NCBI GenBank assembly: GCA_042219045.1 | Contig: JBDGQO010000038.1 | Location: 55,801-72,584, forward strand | DNA: 16,784 bases | Source of the DNA: Candidatus Bipolaricaulia bacterium | GTDB taxonomy: Bacteria > Bipolaricaulota > Bipolaricaulia > RBG-16-55-9 | Direction: 5' to 3' | Shown here: positions 1-8,520 of the stretch, piece by piece | Position numbering within the stretch: position 1 is the first letter of the stretch | Layout of the letters: the number at the start of each line of letters is the position of its first letter | The notes under the pieces: generated by a model | Seen by the model: the letters and a program-made list of their open reading frames with translations, nothing else | Told to the model about the DNA's origin: nothing | The model's database searches: none | Program-made: the position numbers and the translations under genes

Positions 1-2
1 AG

Positions 3-2645
3 CTCCACGACATCCGCCATGGTCGCCTCGACGAGACGGGCAACCTCGTCGGCGTTGGCCTCGTCGGCTTCGAGGATCAGCTCGTCGTGGATCTGCAGCA
101 GCATGTCGGCCTCGATCTCGCCGGCCTCGACGCGCTCGTGCACCCTCAGCATCGCCAGCTTCATGATATCAGCGGCCGTGCCCTGGATCGGCATGTTGAT
201 CGCCTCGCGCTGCTCGCGCTGATTCAGGCTGGCAAACGCGCGCCGACGGCCCATGATCGAGGCGACGTAGCCCTGCTGCTCGGCCTGCTGGACGATCTCG
301 TCCATGTAGCGTTTGACGTTCGGGAAGTTGTCAAAATAGCTGTCGATGAAGTCCTGGGCCTCCTGGTGCGGGATCTTGGCCCACTGGGCGAGCCCGAACG
401 CGCTCATGCCATAGGCGATGCCGAAGTTGATCCGTTTGGCCAGGTCGCGCTGCTGCTCGGTGACGTCGTCGAGGTCGACGTGGAGAATATTGGCAGCCGT
501 GCGGGCGTGGATGTCCTCGTTTCGCTCGAACGCGTCGATCAATCCGGGATCCTCGGTGATGTGGGCGAGCACGCGCAACTCGATCTGTGAATAGTCCGCG
601 CCGATCAACCGACGGCCCTCGGGCGCGACGAACGCCTCCCGAATTCGGCCGCCCACGGCGCTGCGCGTCGGGATGTTTTGCAGGTTGGGATTGGAGCTGG
701 AGAGCCGGCCCGTCGTGGTCACGCTCTGGTTGAACGAGGTGTGCACGCGGCCGGACGCCGAATGGATGTGTTCGGGCAGGGCCCGAATGTAGGTGCCGAG
801 CAGCTTGTCCAGCTCGCGGTAGGTAAGCAGCTTCTCCGGCAGCGGATGCTTGGCCGCCAACTCTCGGAGCACCTGCGCGTCGGTCGAGGGCCCCGTCTTC
901 GTGCGCTTGACAACCGGCAGCTCGAGCACCTCGAACAGGATTCGGGCGACTTGCTTCGGCGAATTCGGGTTGAAGGCCTCGCCCGCGAGCTTGACGAGTT
1001 CGCCCTTGAGGCCATCGAGATAGTCCGTCAGCTCCTCGTCCAGCTCGGCAAGCGCGTCGCGATCGACCTGGATGCCGTTCAGCTCCATCTCCACGAGCAC
1101 GGGGATCAGCGGCATCTCTACCTCATGGAACAGCCGCGTGAGCCCCTTGTCCTCCAGCTCGGGCATCATGGCCGCTTTGAGGCGGACCACCGCCTCAGCG
1201 TCGGCCGCGCCGTAGGCAGCAGCGTCCGCTATGGGCAGCTCGGTCATGCGCTCGACCCCGAGGTCCTTGAAGCTCCGCGTCGACTGGCCGAAGTAGCGCT
1301 CGGTCAGCTCATTCAGATCCTTGCGGCCCATCGGATCGAGGAGATACGCTGCGAGCATCGAGTCAAAGTCGATCCGGGCCAACGCCAACCCGTTGCGTCG
1401 CAGGATCTTGGCGTCGTACTTGAGGTTCTGTCCAATGACCGCGAGGTTCCCGTCTTGGAGATAGGGACGGAGCCGATCCAGCACGGTCGAGAGCGGCAGT
1501 TGGTCCGGCCCGTCCGGATCGTCATGGGCAACGGGGATGTAGGCTCCGTAGCCGGATTCCGTCGACAGCGCAATGCCGACGATCTCGGCCGACATGTCGT
1601 TCTCGCTCGTCGTCTCGAGATCGAGCGAGACCTCCTCAACGTCCTCCAGTTGGGCACAGACTTCGTCCAGAGCCTGCTCGGTCACCACGACGTTGACGTT
1701 CAAATCCGGACGGTCGGTCTGACTTGCGTCGTCGGTCAGACCCAGGTCGTTGAGGAGGCTGTTGAAGGCCAGTTCCGTGAACAGCTCGCACACGCGCGGC
1801 CAGTCGGGCTCGCCGACGGCGCACGCGTCGAGCCCCTCGGCCTCCAGCGGCACGGTTTCCAACTGGACGAGATCGTAACTCAGTTCCGCTTGTTCGCGAT
1901 GCGCTTGCAGGGCCTTCCTGGCTCGGTTGTTGCTGATCTCATCGGCGTGCTCCAGCACGTCGTGGAGGGCATCAAACTGCTCGAGGATCGTCTGCGCGGT
2001 CTTGTCCCCGACGCCCGGCACCCCGGGCACGTTGTCGGAGCTGTCGCCGACGAGCGCAAGGTAGTCCGGGATCTTGCTCGGGGCGACCCCGAGGTAGGCC
2101 GTGACGCCCTCGGCATCCAGCAATTGGAAATCCTCGCCCGGCTTGCGCGAGGGCTTGAGCACCGTGACGCGATCGTTGACGAGCTGCATCAGGTCCTTGT
2201 CACCGCTCACGATCAGGACGTCGGTCCCCTCGTCAGCCGCCGCTTCAGCAAACGTGGCGATCAGGTCATCCGCCTCGTAGCCAGGCGCCTCGAAGATCGG
2301 GATGCGGAAGGCCTCAACGATCTCCTTGATGCGCGGAATCTGCACGGCCAGCGCCTCGTCCATGGACGGCCGATGGGCCTTGTAGGCCTCGTACTTTTCA
2401 TGGCGCACGGTGGGACCGCGTGCGTCGAACGCCACGGCGGCATACGCCGAAGGATACCGGCTGACCACCTTGAGCAGCGTCCGCGTGAAGCCGAAGATCG
2501 CCCCCGTGGGAAACCCATCCGGCGTGGCCAGGTCCTGCATGACGTGGAACGCGGGATAATAGATCGATCCGGCGTCAAGGAGGATCAGCCGATGGGGCGC
2601 CTGCTCGCTCGACTCGGGCCAGCTCAGCTTGGATGCAGATGCCAT
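3..2645 (-). CDS. polA: DNA polymerase I (5'-3' exonuclease, 3'-5' exonuclease and polymerase domains); 3' end truncated by the window edge
   Basis: Segments translated by hand from ATG at 2645 (MASASKLSWPESSEQAPHRLILLDAGSIYYPAFH...GFPTGAIFGF). 5' nuclease motifs YEADDLI, VSGDKDL, GDSSDNVPG. Exo motifs SLDLETT, GQNLKYD, YGAADA. Pol motifs ADYSQIELRVLAH (A), RDLAKRINFGIAYGMS (B), LLQIHDELI (C). Start and last codons share one frame; absent from the ORF track, consistent with the stop lying outside the window. Confidence 0.97.
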   Translation of the reverse strand, partial: MASASKLSWPESSEQAPHRLILLDAGSIYYPAFHVMQDLATPDGFPTGAIFGFTRTLLKVVSRYPSAYAAVAFDARGPTVRHEKYEAYKAHRPSMDEALAVQIPRIKEIVEAFRIPIFEAPGYEADDLIATFAEAAADEGTDVLIVSGDKDLMQLVNDRVTVLKPSRKPGEDFQLLDAEGVTAYLGVAPSKIPDYLALVGDSSDNVPGVPGVGDKTAQTILEQFDALHDVLEHADEISNNRARKALQAHREQAELSYDLVQLETVPLEAEGLDACAVGEPDWPRVCELFTELAFNSLLNDLGLTDDASQTDRPDLNVNVVVTEQALDEVCAQLEDVEEVSLDLETTSENDMSAEIVGIALSTESGYGAYIPVAHDDPDGPDQLPLSTVLDRLRPYLQDGNLAVIGQNLKYDAKILRRNGLALARIDFDSMLAAYLLDPMGRKDLNELTERYFGQSTRSFKDLGVERMTELPIADAAAYGAADAEAVVRLKAAMMPELEDKGLTRLFHEVEMPLIPVLVEMELNGIQVDRDALAELDEELTDYLDGLKGELVKLAGEAFNPNSPKQVARILFEVLELPVVKRTKTGPSTDAQVLRELAAKHPLPEKLLTYRELDKLLGTYIRALPEHIHSASGRVHTSFNQSVTTTGRLSSSNPNLQNIPTRSAVGGRIREAFVAPEGRRLIGADYSQIELRVLAHITEDPGLIDAFERNEDIHARTAANILHVDLDDVTEQQRDLAKRINFGIAYGMSAFGLAQWAKIPHQEAQDFIDSYFDNFPNVKRYMDEIVQQAEQQGYVASIMGRRRAFASLNQREQREAINMPIQGTAADIMKLAMLRVHERVEAGEIEADMLLQIHDELILEADEANADEVARLVEATMADVVE

Positions 2646-2652
2646 AGTCCGT

Positions 2653-3156
2653 TCATTGGGCCAGGGCACTGGCCCGACTCCGTCTCGACCGTTGCGCCAA
2701 CAGGTGACAGAGCGCCACGGCCAGCGCGTCGGCCGCGTCGTCCGGCTTCGGCCGTTCTGTCAGGTTGAGCAGCCGTTGGACCATTGCCTGTATTTGTTGC
2801 TTCGGGGCGCGGCCATGGCCGCAGATCTGGCGCTTGATCGCCAACGGCGAATAGTCCTCGACATCCAATTCCGCACCGGCCAACAGCACGACGCCGCGGG
2901 CCTGGGACACCGAAATCGCGGAGCTGACGTTCTTGTTGAAAAAGACGTCCTCGACCGCCATGGCGTCCGGCCCGTGGTCGGTAATCAGCTGGCGGACGTC
3001 GTCGTGGATCGTCTGCAGGCGAACGGGAACCGGCTCGTGGGACGGGGTGCGCAGCACGCCCGCTTCGAGCACGCGGTAACGGCTCGAGGCGTCCTCGGAT
3101 GCAATGAGCGCGTATCCGGTCGTCGCCAGTCCCGGATCGATGCCGAGAACGATCAT
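2653..3156 (-). CDS. ruvC: Holliday junction resolvase RuvC
   Basis: 167 aa. N-terminal VLGIDPGLATTGY, central AVEDVFF, QARGVV, and C-terminal PDDAADALAVALCH. The acidic catalytic positions are present. Confidence 0.96.
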   Translation of the reverse strand: MIVLGIDPGLATTGYALIASEDASSRYRVLEAGVLRTPSHEPVPVRLQTIHDDVRQLITDHGPDAMAVEDVFFNKNVSSAISVSQARGVVLLAGAELDVEDYSPLAIKRQICGHGRAPKQQIQAMVQRLLNLTERPKPDDAADALAVALCHLLAQRSRRSRASALAQ

Positions 3157-3165
3157 GATTGACGC

Positions 3166-3681
3166 TCAGGTGAGCAGCTCCCTCAGCTTCTCTAGGCGTG
3201 GATCGACCGCGCGGGTATCGTCGCAGTCGCAGGAGCCCGCGTTGAGGTCTTGCCCGCAGTCCGGACAGATCCCTTGGCATTTGTCTTGACAGAGCGGCTT
3301 CGTGTCAAGCGAGGAGTCGATGAGGCGCTCCACGTAGGTGCGCAACTCGACCTCGTCGGCGTCGTTGGGAAAGCCGAACCCTTCGATGAGGAGCCCTTCG
3401 AATCCGCCCTCCGGCTCGGCAATGAGCTTGAAATGCTCATGGAGCTCGATGGCCGTGGGCATCGGCTTCAAGCAGCGACTGCACTCGACGGCGAGCGTCG
3501 TGTCCAGGTCGATCCAGACGTCGACCGTCTCGTTGCGTAGCGTGGCCTCGCCCGACATGGAAACGTCCCGGGTGTATTGGAGCATTCGTCCGCGGTGGTT
3601 CATGTGGTCCCACGCCTCCGTGGCGTCGAAGTCGAAGGCGGTCCGCGGATGCTTTCGCATCGCTTTCAGGTCAAGCTTCAT
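3166..3681 (-). CDS. yceD: YceD/DUF177 family metal-binding protein (23S rRNA accumulation factor family)
   Basis: 171 aa. ECSRCL motif and C-terminal KPLCQDKCQGICPDCGQDLNAGSCDC...DPRLEKLRELL, typical of DUF177. Confidence 0.9.
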   Translation of the reverse strand: MKLDLKAMRKHPRTAFDFDATEAWDHMNHRGRMLQYTRDVSMSGEATLRNETVDVWIDLDTTLAVECSRCLKPMPTAIELHEHFKLIAEPEGGFEGLLIEGFGFPNDADEVELRTYVERLIDSSLDTKPLCQDKCQGICPDCGQDLNAGSCDCDDTRAVDPRLEKLRELLT

Positions 3682-3713
3682 CGCAAATCACCCGGTGTCA
3701 AAAAATCATGATG

Positions 3714-3742
3714 ATGGTACCGCGTGGCGCACAGCGCCACAA
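3714..3742 (-). promoter_or_regulatory. Putative sigma70 promoter for yceD-ruvC-polA
   Basis: Minus strand TTGTGG-N17-TACCAT, about 32 nt upstream of the yceD ATG. Overlapped by a perfect inverted repeat GTGGCGC-N3-GCGCCAC (3724-3740). Confidence 0.45.
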
Positions 3743-3781
3743 AGGACGGCTGTCAAGCTGTGGAGACGCGGAGCTTGGGCC

Positions 3782-4621
3782 TCAGCGTCGGAACGCGTCG
3801 GCGACCGCCAAGGCGTGGACGATCGGCCCGACATCGTGGACGCGCACGAGGTCGGCGCCGTGGATCGCGCCGACGACGACGCTGGCGATCGTCTCCTCCA
3901 AACGCTGCGAGGGCGGACGGTGGGTCAGCGTCCCGAGAAAGGACTTGCGCGACGTCCCCAACAACACGGGCCGACCGAGCGCTTTCAACTCCCCAAGACG
4001 TCGGACGATCTCGACGTTGTCCTCGGGGCGCTTCCCGAAGCCGATGCCGGGATCGACGACGATCTTGGACTCGGCAATGCCGTGCTCCTGGGCCGACGCC
4101 ACGCGCGCCTGCAGAAATTGGCCAATCTCGGCAACAACGTCGCCGTAATGCGGATCGTCCTGCATCGTCTGCGGCGTGCCCTTCATGTGCATCAGGATCA
4201 CGGGAACCCCGGCCTCCGCGATGACCCGTGCCATATCCGTGTCGAAGCGGAGCGCGCTCACGTCGTTGACGAGATCAGCGCCTGCACCGATGGCTCGCTC
4301 GGCCACCTCGGCCTTGTAGGTGTCGATGGAGATCGGCATCGTCGGCTGTTCGTCCCGAATGGCCGTGACGACGGGGAGGACGCGCTCGAGCTCCGTCTCC
4401 AACGGAACGGGGTCGGCGTAGGGTCGGGTCGACTCGCCGCCGACATCGAGCAGATCGGCCCCGTCATTGGCCATCTGTTTCGCTTGAGCGACCGCGTCGT
4501 CAACGTCAACGAACTGGCCCCCGTCGGAGAACGAGTCGGGCGTGACGTTGAGCACCCCCATGACGAGCGTGCGCGTGCCGATCTCGTCGAGGACAGCCGT
4601 TCGGTCGGCGGGGACCGCCAT
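3782..4621 (-). CDS. folP: Dihydropteroate synthase
   Basis: Likely start is ATG at 4621 (279 aa), 4 nt after the citrate synthase stop; the ORF-track extension to 5053 overlaps citrate synthase. Motifs MGVLNVTPDSFSDGG, DVGGESTRP, SIDTYK, VNDVSAL, DPGIGFGK, GTSRKSF, VRVHDV. Confidence 0.96.
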   Translation of the reverse strand: MAVPADRTAVLDEIGTRTLVMGVLNVTPDSFSDGGQFVDVDDAVAQAKQMANDGADLLDVGGESTRPYADPVPLETELERVLPVVTAIRDEQPTMPISIDTYKAEVAERAIGAGADLVNDVSALRFDTDMARVIAEAGVPVILMHMKGTPQTMQDDPHYGDVVAEIGQFLQARVASAQEHGIAESKIVVDPGIGFGKRPEDNVEIVRRLGELKALGRPVLLGTSRKSFLGTLTHRPPSQRLEETIASVVVGAIHGADLVRVHDVGPIVHALAVADAFRR

Positions 4622-4625
4622 GCGA

Positions 4626-5768
4626 CTAGCGTTCCTCCATGGGCGTCCACGTGCGATCCGTTGGGCCGTCGTACTCGGACTGGGGACGAATGAGCCGATT
4701 GTGGGCCAATTGCTCCAAGACATGCGCCGTCCAGCCGCCAACGCGGCCGGTGGCGAAGGTCGGACTAAAAAGCTCGCTGGGCAGCCCGACGCCGTGGAGC
4801 ACGAGCGCGGTGTAGAACTCCACGTTCGTTTCAAGCCGGGCGTTCGGCTTGTGGTCCTGGAGCAGTCGCAGCGCGATCTCCTCGGTCTGGCGGGCCAAGT
4901 CGTAGATCGAGCGATCGCCGGCCCGCTCGAAGAGCCGCTCCGCAGCCTGAGCCAATACGTCGGCTCGCGGGTCTCGGACCTTGTAGACCCGATGCCCGAA
5001 GCCCATGAGCCGTTCCCCGCGCTCCAGCTTGCCGCGAATGACGTCCTCGGCATCCTTGCGTTGAGCGATCTCGAAGATCATGTCGAGCGCCGGGCCGGGC
5101 GCGCCGCCGTGGAGCGGTCCCTTCAACGCCCCGATCGCGCCCGTCATTGCCGAGACCATATCGGAAAGCGTCGACGTGATGACCCGGCCGGTGAACGTCG
5201 AGGCGTTCATGCCGTGGTCGATGACGGTGACGAGATAGGTATCGAGCGCGCGGACGAACTCCGGATCGGGCTGTTCGCCCGTGATCATGTAGAGGAGCTG
5301 CTCTGCATGGCTGAGATCCGGGTCGGGTTCCACGGGCGTCTCACCCCGCTGCAGGCGCCAGTACATACCGATGATGACGGGGAACCGGGCGATCAACCGC
5401 AGCGCCCGTTGGCGATTGGCGTCGATGGAGTCGTCGTCGGGATGTGGATCGAGGAGATCGAGCGTGCCGACGGCCATGCGGAGCGCGTCCATGGCCGGAA
5501 CGCCGGAGCGGGCGGCTTCGGCCAGCGCTTGGCGCGTGACACGCGGCAGCTCGACCTCAGCGCCGAACGCACGGCGGACGCCCTCGTACTCGTCTCGGGT
5601 GGGCAGCCGGTCGTGCCAAAGCAGGTGGAGCGCCTCTTCGAATTTGGCATGGGGCGCCAGCTCCTGCAACGGGAACCCCGCGATGGTGAGCTCGCCCGCG
5701 TCGCCGTCGATGCCGCTCAACCGTGTCGACGCTGCAACAACGTCCTCCAAGCCATGCGTAGCCGTCAT
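4626..5768 (-). CDS. citA: Citrate synthase / methylcitrate synthase family, CitA-like subtype
   Basis: 380 aa. GLEDVV N-terminus, DHGMNASTF, LKGPLHGGAP, LMGFGHRVYKVRDPRA, ETNVEFY, and RLIRP near the C-terminus. Confidence 0.92.
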   Translation of the reverse strand: MTATHGLEDVVAASTRLSGIDGDAGELTIAGFPLQELAPHAKFEEALHLLWHDRLPTRDEYEGVRRAFGAEVELPRVTRQALAEAARSGVPAMDALRMAVGTLDLLDPHPDDDSIDANRQRALRLIARFPVIIGMYWRLQRGETPVEPDPDLSHAEQLLYMITGEQPDPEFVRALDTYLVTVIDHGMNASTFTGRVITSTLSDMVSAMTGAIGALKGPLHGGAPGPALDMIFEIAQRKDAEDVIRGKLERGERLMGFGHRVYKVRDPRADVLAQAAERLFERAGDRSIYDLARQTEEIALRLLQDHKPNARLETNVEFYTALVLHGVGLPSELFSPTFATGRVGGWTAHVLEQLAHNRLIRPQSEYDGPTDRTWTPMEER

Positions 5769-5777
5769 AGGGTGCCC

Positions 5778-6356
5778 TCAGCCTTCGGGCTTGATCTTGT
5801 CCTCGTAGGCCGTTTCGAAGTCGGAAAGATCCAACTTGACGCCGGACTTCCTCTCGCGGATCACGCCGTCGGCGTCGATGAACACGTAGGTGGACGTTTT
5901 CGTCACCCGATATTGCTCGCTGACCGAGCCGTCGTCCAGCGCAATCGGGAAGTCGATGCCGTGTTCCTCGACGTGACGCCGAATGTCGCCGTCGCTTTCG
6001 TTGATGCCCATGTTGATCCCGACCACAGCGACATCATCCGTCTCCTGGTGGAATTGCGCCAAATGGGGCGCCGTGGCGTTGCAGTTGGGACACCAACTGG
6101 CCCAGAAGTCGAGAATCACGGGCTGGCCTTCAAAGTCGGCCAGCGAGATCTCGTCCCCGTCCAACGATGGCAGCGTGAACGACGGCGCTCGAGCTCCGAC
6201 CTCCGGGGCGACTTCCAGGTCAGCCATGGACGGCTCCCCGTCACCCGAGGCGCCGGGCAACAGGGTGGGACTCGCCACCCAGACGCCAATGGCGGCAGCA
6301 ACCGCCACAACCGCCAAGGCGCCGACGACCCATCCGGCTCGTCCCATCGCGAGCAT
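5778..6356 (-). CDS. Membrane-anchored TlpA/ResA-like thiol-disulfide oxidoreductase
   Basis: Hydrophobic N-terminal segment, then GARAPSFTLPSLDG and ILDFWASWCPNC (CxxC), and TYVFIDADGVIR. GGAGG lies upstream; start is uncertain (6359 TTG, 6356 ATG or 6347 ATG). Confidence 0.88.
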   Translation of the reverse strand: MLAMGRAGWVVGALAVVAVAAAIGVWVASPTLLPGASGDGEPSMADLEVAPEVGARAPSFTLPSLDGDEISLADFEGQPVILDFWASWCPNCNATAPHLAQFHQETDDVAVVGINMGINESDGDIRRHVEEHGIDFPIALDDGSVSEQYRVTKTSTYVFIDADGVIRERKSGVKLDLSDFETAYEDKIKPEG

Positions 6357-6383
6357 CAACCTCCACTCGGTGTCGTTGCGCCA

Positions 6384-6412
6384 ATTCTAGGTTCGAGGGC
6401 GCGGACCCGCAA
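6384..6412 (-). promoter_or_regulatory. Putative sigma70 promoter for tlpA-like/citA/folP
   Basis: Minus strand TTGCGG-N17-TAGAAT, followed by a short leader containing GGAGG. Confidence 0.55.
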
Positions 6413-6453
6413 CGGTGGAGCATCCGGTCTAGATGGGCAAGCGTCGATCATTG

Positions 6454-7896
6454 CTATTCGCCCTGAGCGAGCGAGTAGCCGCGCTCGCCGTCAAAGGTGT
6501 AGAGGTGCTCCGTCTTGATCACCTCGTAGCCCGCTTGATGGAGCTTGGTGAGCAGCTCCAAAACGGCCTCGAACGACGTTTCGCTCCCGTCCGCGGTGGC
6601 GAAGCGGCAGCGCCAGTGGTCGGTCTTGAACGTCTCCGGAATGCCCTGGGGGTAGACGCGCACGCCCCGATTGGTGATCATCTTCAGCTTGAGCGAGTCG
6701 GTTGAGGCTGCCTCAAGCCCGTGTCCGAGAACATTCGGGTCCCGATCGGCGTCCGTCCAGTCGAGAAACACGTCCACGCCGACGAGCCGCTTGTCGCTCG
6801 CGGGCGTCGGGGAAGCTGCCACGCGGATGCCCCCCGGCCGATAGCGGGCAGTTCCCAGGCGACGCGGCTCTTGGCCGAGGCGGTCGATCACCGCCTGGGT
6901 AAAGTCGTCGGTGCCGACCTCGTCGTAGCTGAGATCCGGGCGGTACATGTCGGCGGTGTGGATGCCATCCTCCAGCGTCGACAGCCAGGCGTTCTCGATC
7001 CGCGCCGCTACGTCGGCTTCGCCCAAGTGGACGAGCATCTGGATCGAGGCGTTGAGCAGGCCCGATGGATTGGCAACGCCCTTGCCGGCGATATCCGGGG
7101 CCGAGCCGTGGACGGCCTCGAACATGGCGTCCTCCGGGCCGATGTTGGCCGAGCCCGCCAGCCCGACCGACCCGGCGATCTGCGAGGCGATGTCGCTCAA
7201 GATGTCGCCGTAGAGGTTGGGCGTGACGATGACGTCGAAGCGCTCGGGCTGGGCGGCGACGCGGGCCGCGCCAATGTCGATGATGAGGTGATTCGCCTCG
7301 ATGTCGGGATACTCCGCGGCAACTTCGTCAAAGACCTGATGGAAGAGCCCGTCGGTCTGCTTCATGATGTTGTCCTTGGTCATGCAGGTGACGCGCTCGC
7401 GCTCGTAGGTGCGAGCGTATTCGAACGCGTAGCGGATGACGCGCTCGCTGCCGGGGCGGGTAATCAGCTTCAGGATCTGGGCGACCTCGGTCGTCTGCTG
7501 GTGCTCGATGCCGGCGTACAGGTCCTCCTCGTTCTCGCGCACGATCACGAGATCCATCGACGGATGGAGCGCATTGACATAAGGGCCGTAAGCGCGGGCC
7601 GGCCGGACGTTGGCAAACAGATTGAGCGACTTCCGGATGGTGACGTTGAGGCTCTTGTAGCCGCCGCCTTGCGGCGTCGTGACAGGGGACTTCAGCATGA
7701 CGTCGTTGCGACGCATCGTCTCCCAGGCGTCGGGCGGAATGCCCGAGGTGTGCCCTGCCTCATAAGCAGCCTTTCCGATCTCGAGGCGCTCAACCTCGAT
7801 GGGCGCGTCGGCGGCGTCGAGAATCTTGAGCACCGCCTCCATGATCTCCGGTCCGATGCCGTCACCGTACGCAACCGTGATACGATGGGTTGTCAT
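6454..7896 (-). CDS. icd: Isocitrate dehydrogenase (probably NADP-dependent, long type with C-terminal extension as in Rickettsia/Thermus)
   Basis: 480 aa. GDGIGPEIM, KSPVTTPQGGGYKSLNVTIRK, VRENEEDLY, KDNIMK, PNLYGDILSD, MFEAVHGSAPDIAG, plus the C-terminal domain LKMITNRGVRVYP...DHWRCRF...GYSLAQGE. Confidence 0.95.
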   Translation of the reverse strand: MTTHRITVAYGDGIGPEIMEAVLKILDAADAPIEVERLEIGKAAYEAGHTSGIPPDAWETMRRNDVMLKSPVTTPQGGGYKSLNVTIRKSLNLFANVRPARAYGPYVNALHPSMDLVIVRENEEDLYAGIEHQQTTEVAQILKLITRPGSERVIRYAFEYARTYERERVTCMTKDNIMKQTDGLFHQVFDEVAAEYPDIEANHLIIDIGAARVAAQPERFDVIVTPNLYGDILSDIASQIAGSVGLAGSANIGPEDAMFEAVHGSAPDIAGKGVANPSGLLNASIQMLVHLGEADVAARIENAWLSTLEDGIHTADMYRPDLSYDEVGTDDFTQAVIDRLGQEPRRLGTARYRPGGIRVAASPTPASDKRLVGVDVFLDWTDADRDPNVLGHGLEAASTDSLKLKMITNRGVRVYPQGIPETFKTDHWRCRFATADGSETSFEAVLELLTKLHQAGYEVIKTEHLYTFDGERGYSLAQGE

Positions 7897-7935
7897 GCGG
7901 AGCGAACCGTCCTCTCTCCTCGGGAATTTGGCCTA

Positions 7936-7964
7936 AGCGTAAATCACGGCGCGGGTCGTCACAA
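7936..7964 (-). promoter_or_regulatory. Putative sigma70 promoter for icd
   Basis: Minus strand TTGTGA-N17-TACGCT, followed by a purine-rich GAGGAGAGAGGA segment before the ATG at 7896. Confidence 0.5.
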
Positions 7965-7995
7965 GCGTCGCGAATGGAGCTGACGACGGCGAGGC

Positions 7996-8520
7996 TCAAG
8001 CATCGAGTCGCTTCTCCATCATGACGTTCGTTTCCGTGTAACCGAGCTCGTCGTACATCGTCCGTGCGGCCCAATTGTGGCCGAAGACATGGAGCTTGAC
8101 CTTGTCCAGCCCAAGCTCGCGGGCCTTCGCCTCGGCCGCCTCCATCGCCGCTCGGCCGTAGCCTTGCCGCCGGAACTCCGAGAAGACAAAGATTTCGTAG
8201 ATGAACGCGTGGCGGTCGGCGTTCACCTCGACACGCTCGGCAAGCCAGAGCCAGCCGACAGGTGTCCCATCGGGGCGCACGATCGTGAACAGATGGTGTT
8301 CCGGCGTCTCGAAGCCCGCTGGCAGCAGCAAGTCCAATGTCTCCTCCGCCAAGCGGAACGCCTCATCGGCTTGCCAGTTTCCGGCTCTGACCTTCTCGTT
8401 GGCATAGTTTCGAGCGGCGTGGGCGCGATATTCGGCAAACTCCTCCTCGGTCATGAATCGGAGCCGGACGGGAGGCGTGTCGGGCTGGCCTGCCGTGGGG
8501 TCAGCGAGCGCCACGATCAA
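7996..8520 (-). CDS. GNAT family N-acetyltransferase (YycN-like)
   Basis: Acetyl-CoA binding motif FRRQGYGRAAM, AFIYEIFV, and KLHVFGHNWAARTMYDELGY. The TTG start overlaps the upstream TGA (TTGA); start could instead be GTG at 8514. Confidence 0.88.
   Translation of the reverse strand: MIVALADPTAGQPDTPPVRLRFMTEEEFAEYRAHAARNYANEKVRAGNWQADEAFRLAEETLDLLLPAGFETPEHHLFTIVRPDGTPVGWLWLAERVEVNADRHAFIYEIFVFSEFRRQGYGRAAMEAAEAKARELGLDKVKLHVFGHNWAARTMYDELGYTETNVMMEKRLDA

Noticed and set aside
678..2768. 696-aa plus-strand ORF (and 87..590)
   Set aside because: Antisense shadow of polA; high-GC codon usage leaves the opposite strand free of stops, and no motifs are recognisable.
2653..3156. RuvC as part of a Cas, TnpB or transposase system
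   Set aside because: It is a stand-alone 167-aa canonical resolvase among housekeeping genes; no array, terminal repeats or transposase were seen.
4622..5053. N-terminal extension of FolP to 423 aa (possible FolK fusion)
   Set aside because: It overlaps the citrate synthase 3' end in another frame and has no HPPK motifs; ATG at 4621 gives a normal length.
4542..6518. 658-aa plus-strand ORF, plus 3338..4693, 6721..7983, 11750..12892 and 14539..15420
   Set aside because: All lie antisense to well-supported genes and have no recognisable domain.
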